The notes under the pieces are model-generated. The model did no database searches, was not told the DNA's origin, and saw only the letters and a program-made list of their open reading frames with translations. The position numbers were made by a program, and so were the translations under genes. From NCBI GenBank assembly GCA_043798915.1, contig JAZDOG010000003.1, positions 1-19,362 of the forward strand: DNA of 19,362 bases, read 5' to 3'. Below, one piece after another: positions 15,442 to 19,362 of this stretch (position 1 is the stretch's first letter; every line of letters begins with the position of its first letter). The stretch comes from Pseudomonadota bacterium. GTDB taxonomy: Bacteria; UBA10199; 2-02-FULL-44-16; JAAZCA01.

Positions 15442-16082
15442 AGCGGGCCCTCTCGCACAAGTCCTACGCCAACGAGCAGCGCATGCCCGCAACCGAGAAC
15501 AACGAGCGCTACGAGTATCTGGGCGATGCGGTCCTGGAGCTCGCGGTGAGCCACCTGCTCATGGAACGATTTCCCGAGCATCCGGAGGGCGAGCTCTCGA
15601 AGCTGCGCGCGGCGATCGTCAATGAGGGGCAGCTGGCGGAGCTCGCGAAGGAGATCGGGCTCGGCGATTTTCTCTATCTCGGCAAGGGCGAGGACCAGAC
15701 GGGAGGGCGCGAGAAGCCGTCGCTCCTCTCCGACGCCTACGAGGCGATTCTCGGCGCGGTCTATCTGGACCGCGGTTTCGAAAAGGCCTTCGATGTCATC
15801 GCACGCCGATACGAGGATGTGCTCGAGCGCGCCGGCGGAGTAGGGTTCGTCCGCGACTACAAGACCAGGCTGCAGGAGGAGTCGCAGGGGCGCTTCCGCG
15901 CGGTGCCGCGCTATCGGCTCGTCGGCACCAGGGGTCCGGATCACAACAAACAGTTCGAGATACATCTCTTCATCCGCGACGAGCTGTGGGGTATAGGCCA
16001 CGGCGCGTCCAAGAAGGTGGCGGAGCAGGCGGCCGCCCGGCAGGCGCTGGATAAGATGAACGGTGTAGTGGAAGACCAGTGA
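15357..16082 (+). CDS. rnc: Ribonuclease III
   Basis: ALSHKSY, NERYEYLGDAVLEL, EGELSKLRA, DAYEAILGAVYLD, and dsRBD DYKTRLQE..GPDH..SKKVAEQAAA. Confidence 0.98.
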   Translation: MGFSSDEKALFKRFEERLGYKFKRREHLKRALSHKSYANEQRMPATENNERYEYLGDAVLELAVSHLLMERFPEHPEGELSKLRAAIVNEGQLAELAKEIGLGDFLYLGKGEDQTGGREKPSLLSDAYEAILGAVYLDRGFEKAFDVIARRYEDVLERAGGVGFVRDYKTRLQEESQGRFRAVPRYRLVGTRGPDHNKQFEIHLFIRDELWGIGHGASKKVAEQAAARQALDKMNGVVEDQ

Positions 16083-16147
16083 TACTTTAAACAGGGGGGG
16101 TACAATGGCTGGCTGATATATAGCGACATAACACAAAGGAGACACCA

Positions 16148-16750
16148 ATGGCTTACAAACTGCCGGACCTGCCGTTTGCAAAGGATGCGCTTGCCCCGAA
16201 CATCTCCGCCGAGACGCTCGAGTATCACCACGGCAAGCATCACGCCGCATATGTGAACAACCTGAACACCCTTCTGGAGGGGACGAACCTCGCGGAGATG
16301 CCGCTCGAGGAGCTCTTCACGTCGGGGCTCGAAAAGCTTCCGGCTGACAAGCGCAAGGGCGTCTTCAACAACGCGGCGCAGATCTACAACCACACCTTCT
16401 ACTGGAATTGCCTGCGCAAGAAGGGCGGGGCTCTGCCCACAGGAAAGCTTGCCGAGGCGATCACGAAGTCCTTCGGCGGCCTGGACAAATTCAAGGAGAG
16501 GTTTACGGCTGCTGCGGTGGGGCAATTCGGGAGCGGATGGGCCTGGCTCGTCAAGGGGAGCAACGGCTCGCTCGAGATCGTCGCGACATCCAACGCCGGC
16601 AATCCCCTGACGGATAAGAAAGTGCCGCTGCTCACCTGCGATGTATGGGAGCACGCCTACTATGTAGACTACCGCAACGCCCGGGCCAAATACGTCGAGG
16701 CGTACTGTGATCTCATCAACTGGGATTTCGTGGCAAAGAACTTCGGATAA
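16148..16750 (+). CDS. sodB: Superoxide dismutase, Fe/Mn family (Fe-type residues)
   Basis: HHGKHH, FNNAAQIYNH (Fe-type AQ), FGSGWAWL and DVWEHAYY; AAGGAG SD. Confidence 0.95.
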   Translation: MAYKLPDLPFAKDALAPNISAETLEYHHGKHHAAYVNNLNTLLEGTNLAEMPLEELFTSGLEKLPADKRKGVFNNAAQIYNHTFYWNCLRKKGGALPTGKLAEAITKSFGGLDKFKERFTAAAVGQFGSGWAWLVKGSNGSLEIVATSNAGNPLTDKKVPLLTCDVWEHAYYVDYRNARAKYVEAYCDLINWDFVAKNFG

Positions 16751-16776
16751 CAGGATAAAACGAAAAGGGGGCCTGT

Positions 16777-16986
16777 ATGGCTAAACTGGGGTTTAAGGTT
16801 TCTGGAGTGATTTTCCTGATCATCGCCCTGATGCATCTCCTGCGAATTTTGTTCAAGGTGACGATCGTGGCCGGCGGACATAATATTCCGCTCTGGATGA
16901 GTTGGGGAGGGGTCGCCATCTCAGGCATCATGGCTATATGGACCCTGATCGCGTCGTATAGCTGCTCCTCCCAGCAGGGTAGCTAG
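16777..16986 (+). CDS. Small hypothetical membrane protein (two hydrophobic helices)
   Basis: 69 aa with hydrophobic stretches VSGVIFLIIALMHLLRILF and LWMSWGGVAISGIMAIWTLIA. Purine-rich SD; fills the sod-era gap exactly. Confidence 0.75.
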   Translation: MAKLGFKVSGVIFLIIALMHLLRILFKVTIVAGGHNIPLWMSWGGVAISGIMAIWTLIASYSCSSQQGS

Positions 16987-17880
16987 ATGCCGTTCAAGTC
17001 CGGCTACATCGCGCTCATCGGAAGGCCCAACGTTGGCAAGTCGACGCTCCTCAACGCCATCATCGGGGAGAGGCTCGCCGTTGTCACGCCCAAGCCCCAG
17101 ACCACCCGGCACCGCATCACGGGGATTCTCAACGTGGCGGATGCGCAGATCGTCTTCCTCGACACGCCCGGCTATCATCGCTCCAGCAAACCCCTGAATC
17201 GTGCCATGAACGACATCGTCGATTCTGTGATCGGCGACGCCGACGTCATCTGCCTCATGGTCGAGGCGGGGCAGAGGGACACCGATATCGAAAAGGGGCT
17301 CTTCGATCGGATAGGCCCGGAGCGCGCGGTCGTCGTCGTCAACAAATGCGACAAAATTAATCGGGAAAAATATGACGGCATAGCTTCCGGCTTTCGCGAG
17401 GGATGGGGGGCCCGGGAGCTCGTGATCCTCTCCGCGCTCAAGAATATGGGCGTCGCGACGCTCGTCGAGGCGATAAAGGAGCGGCTGCCGGAAGGGCCCG
17501 CGCTCTTTCCCCTCGACAGCTACACGGAACACCCGGTCCGTTTCCTCGCGGCGGAACTCATCCGCGAACAGGTCTTCCTCCAGATGCAGCAGGAGATCCC
17601 CTACTCGGCAGCCGTCGAGATAGAGGAGTTCAAGGATGCAACGAAGGAAAAGGCCGTGACGATGATCCGCGCGGCGATCGTCGTGGAGAAAGAATCGCAG
17701 AAGGGGATGGTGATAGGCAAGGGCGCCCGGCGCATCAAGGAGATCGGGAGGAAGGCCAGGCTTGCTATCGAGGAGCTAGTGGGCGGCAAGGTCTTCCTGG
17801 AACTCAGCGTCAGGGTCGAGAAGGACTGGACGAAGGACCGCGACAAGATCGCCAAGCTGGGCTACAGCAAACAGATGTGA
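16987..17880 (+). CDS. era: GTPase Era
   Basis: GRPNVGKSTL, PQTTR, DTPG, NKCD and KH domain QKGMVIGKGARRIK.IG. Confidence 0.98.
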   Translation: MPFKSGYIALIGRPNVGKSTLLNAIIGERLAVVTPKPQTTRHRITGILNVADAQIVFLDTPGYHRSSKPLNRAMNDIVDSVIGDADVICLMVEAGQRDTDIEKGLFDRIGPERAVVVVNKCDKINREKYDGIASGFREGWGARELVILSALKNMGVATLVEAIKERLPEGPALFPLDSYTEHPVRFLAAELIREQVFLQMQQEIPYSAAVEIEEFKDATKEKAVTMIRAAIVVEKESQKGMVIGKGARRIKEIGRKARLAIEELVGGKVFLELSVRVEKDWTKDRDKIAKLGYSKQM

Positions 17881-17889
17881 TCGCCAATC

Positions 17890-19038
17890 ATGATGTATTC
17901 ATCAATCGTCATATCCAACGAAGCCGTGAAGAGGTGCGAGGGCGGAGAGCTTTGGTTTCCCTGCCGTGATGTCGTCGGGCGAAAGCCGAGGATCGCGGGG
18001 ATCGTCAATCTCATCGACAAGCGGAAGAGGTTTGTCGGCATGGCATTTCTCTCGCCGGGTTCGCGCTATTACATCCGCGTCTTTTCGCGGGCGCCGGCGA
18101 AGGCAGACAAGGAGTTCTGGCGGGAGAGAATCAGGAGGGCATACGAGCGCAGGGTGCCGCTCGCTGCGACCACAGACGCGTACCGCGTCGTCCACGCGGA
18201 GGCAGACGGGATCCCGTCGGTAGTGATCGATAAGTACAACGACATCTGGTCGCTGCAGACCACCTCCTCCGGTGCCGAGACGATAAAGAAAGACCTCATC
18301 GAGATCGTCGTCGCAGATTATTCCCCGGCATCCGTAATCGAGAAAAATGCGTCGCAGATGAGGAAGGCGGAGGGCCTGCCGACAGGGGACAGGATTGCCT
18401 TCGGATCGAGGAGGTCCGCCACGATCAAAGAGGGCGACCAGAGCTTCGAGGTCGACGTGCTTGCGGGTCAGAAGACTGGGGCCTATCTCGACTATCGCTC
18501 ATTCCGGCTCAAGGCGCGCGAGTTTGCGCGGGGCAGGTGCCTCGACGCGTTCTGCTACCAGGGCTGGTTCTCCTGCCAGATCGCGGGCGCGGCGAACGAG
18601 GTCATCGCCATCGACAGCTCCGCAGCCGCCGTAGAAGCGGCGAAGAAAAATGCCGCGATCAACCGCCACGGCAACATCGAGTTCGTGAAGGCCGACGTCC
18701 TCGAATTTTTCAAAGGACAGGGCGAGCCATTCGACTTTATCCACCTCGACCCGCCTGCGTTTGCAAAGGGTGGGGCGAAGACCGAGGCAGCTGTCCGAGG
18801 CTACAGGCGCATCGTGGAGGATGCTTTGAGGCTTCTCGCACCGCATGGAACCCTGATGGTCAGCTCATGCTCCCACGGCATAACGGAAGGCGTACTCGAA
18901 AAGATCGTCGCGGGCTGTCTTCAAAAGGCCGGGCTTGCATGCGAGGTGATCTACAGGGGCATCCAGGACCGCGACCATCCGCCTCTCAAGGGGCATCCGG
19001 AATCGCTGTATCTGAAGGCCGTGGCGGTGAGCGTGTGA
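17890..19038 (+). CDS. RlmI/RlmK-like class I SAM-dependent rRNA methyltransferase
   Basis: PUA-like N-terminus, YRVVHAEADGIP, GQKTGAYLD.R, LDAFCYQGWF, FDFIHLDPPAF, SSCS and DHP......ESLYLK. Confidence 0.9.
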   Translation: MMYSSIVISNEAVKRCEGGELWFPCRDVVGRKPRIAGIVNLIDKRKRFVGMAFLSPGSRYYIRVFSRAPAKADKEFWRERIRRAYERRVPLAATTDAYRVVHAEADGIPSVVIDKYNDIWSLQTTSSGAETIKKDLIEIVVADYSPASVIEKNASQMRKAEGLPTGDRIAFGSRRSATIKEGDQSFEVDVLAGQKTGAYLDYRSFRLKAREFARGRCLDAFCYQGWFSCQIAGAANEVIAIDSSAAAVEAAKKNAAINRHGNIEFVKADVLEFFKGQGEPFDFIHLDPPAFAKGGAKTEAAVRGYRRIVEDALRLLAPHGTLMVSSCSHGITEGVLEKIVAGCLQKAGLACEVIYRGIQDRDHPPLKGHPESLYLKAVAVSV

Positions 19039-19131
19039 GATCAGCTTTTGCGTGGGGTTATCCATTGTATTCTTGCATTTTTATCCATGGCAGGTAACTT
19101 TTTGCGCACGAAGTCACCCCTCGGAGGAATT

Positions 19132-19362
19132 ATGAGAAAATGGTTTATGGTGGCGGTGTTTGTCGTGTTCGCGCATCTCGCAGCTGTTGTTCCGGCCTGG
19201 GCTGGAAGCGGACTTGAGGTGAGCGCAATTAAATTTTCAGCGAAGAGCGCTCCGGATGTGGAGAGAAAGCCGCCGGTCTATGCCCCGGGGGAATCCCTGC
19301 TGTTGAGCCTCGACCTGAAGGGCTGCCGGATCGTAAAGGATGAGGCGTCGTTGCAGGCCGAT
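19132..19362 (+). CDS. Hypothetical secreted protein (runs off the window)
   Basis: GGAGG SD and ATG 19132. MRKWFMVAVFVVFAHLAAVVPAWA|GSGLEV... resembles a Sec signal peptide with an AxA cleavage site. Open to the end of the window; not in the ORF track. Confidence 0.75.
   Translation, partial: MRKWFMVAVFVVFAHLAAVVPAWAGSGLEVSAIKFSAKSAPDVERKPPVYAPGESLLLSLDLKGCRIVKDEASLQAD

Noticed and set aside
19058..19089. Two TTATCCAT copies resembling DnaA boxes
   Set aside because: Each has two mismatches to TTATCCACA, there are only two copies, and there is no origin context.
1..19362. CRISPR array or complete DGR cassette
   Set aside because: No regularly spaced repeats, cas genes, reverse transcriptase or AAC-rich template repeat were seen in the window.

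Overview
A GC-rich bacterial chromosome segment; the gene order (tRNA-Val-thrS-infC-rpmI-rplT-pheS-pheT-ihfA-merR-tRNA-Pro) and protein style suggest a Deltaproteobacteria-like lineage, which is an inference. The left edge carries rpsO (partial) and truB on the minus strand. Positions ~1040-4310 form an accessory patch: a REP-like doublet, an FGE-sulfatase/C-type-lectin-fold gene whose 3' end resembles a diversity-generating retroelement (DGR) variable region, an archaeal-type AAA ATPase with a probable leaderless promoter, a HEPN + minimal nucleotidyltransferase pair, and a ~23-codon C-terminal relic of a tyrosine recombinase. The rest is housekeeping on the plus strand: trxA, the translation cluster above (infC with an ATT start), cysE, mnmA, mtaB, rnc, Fe-SOD, a small membrane protein, era, an RlmI-like methyltransferase and a partial secreted protein. 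The two most notable signals are the orphan DGR-target-like gene and a palindromic repeat present both between infC and rpmI and as an in-frame 84-bp insertion inside mtaB.
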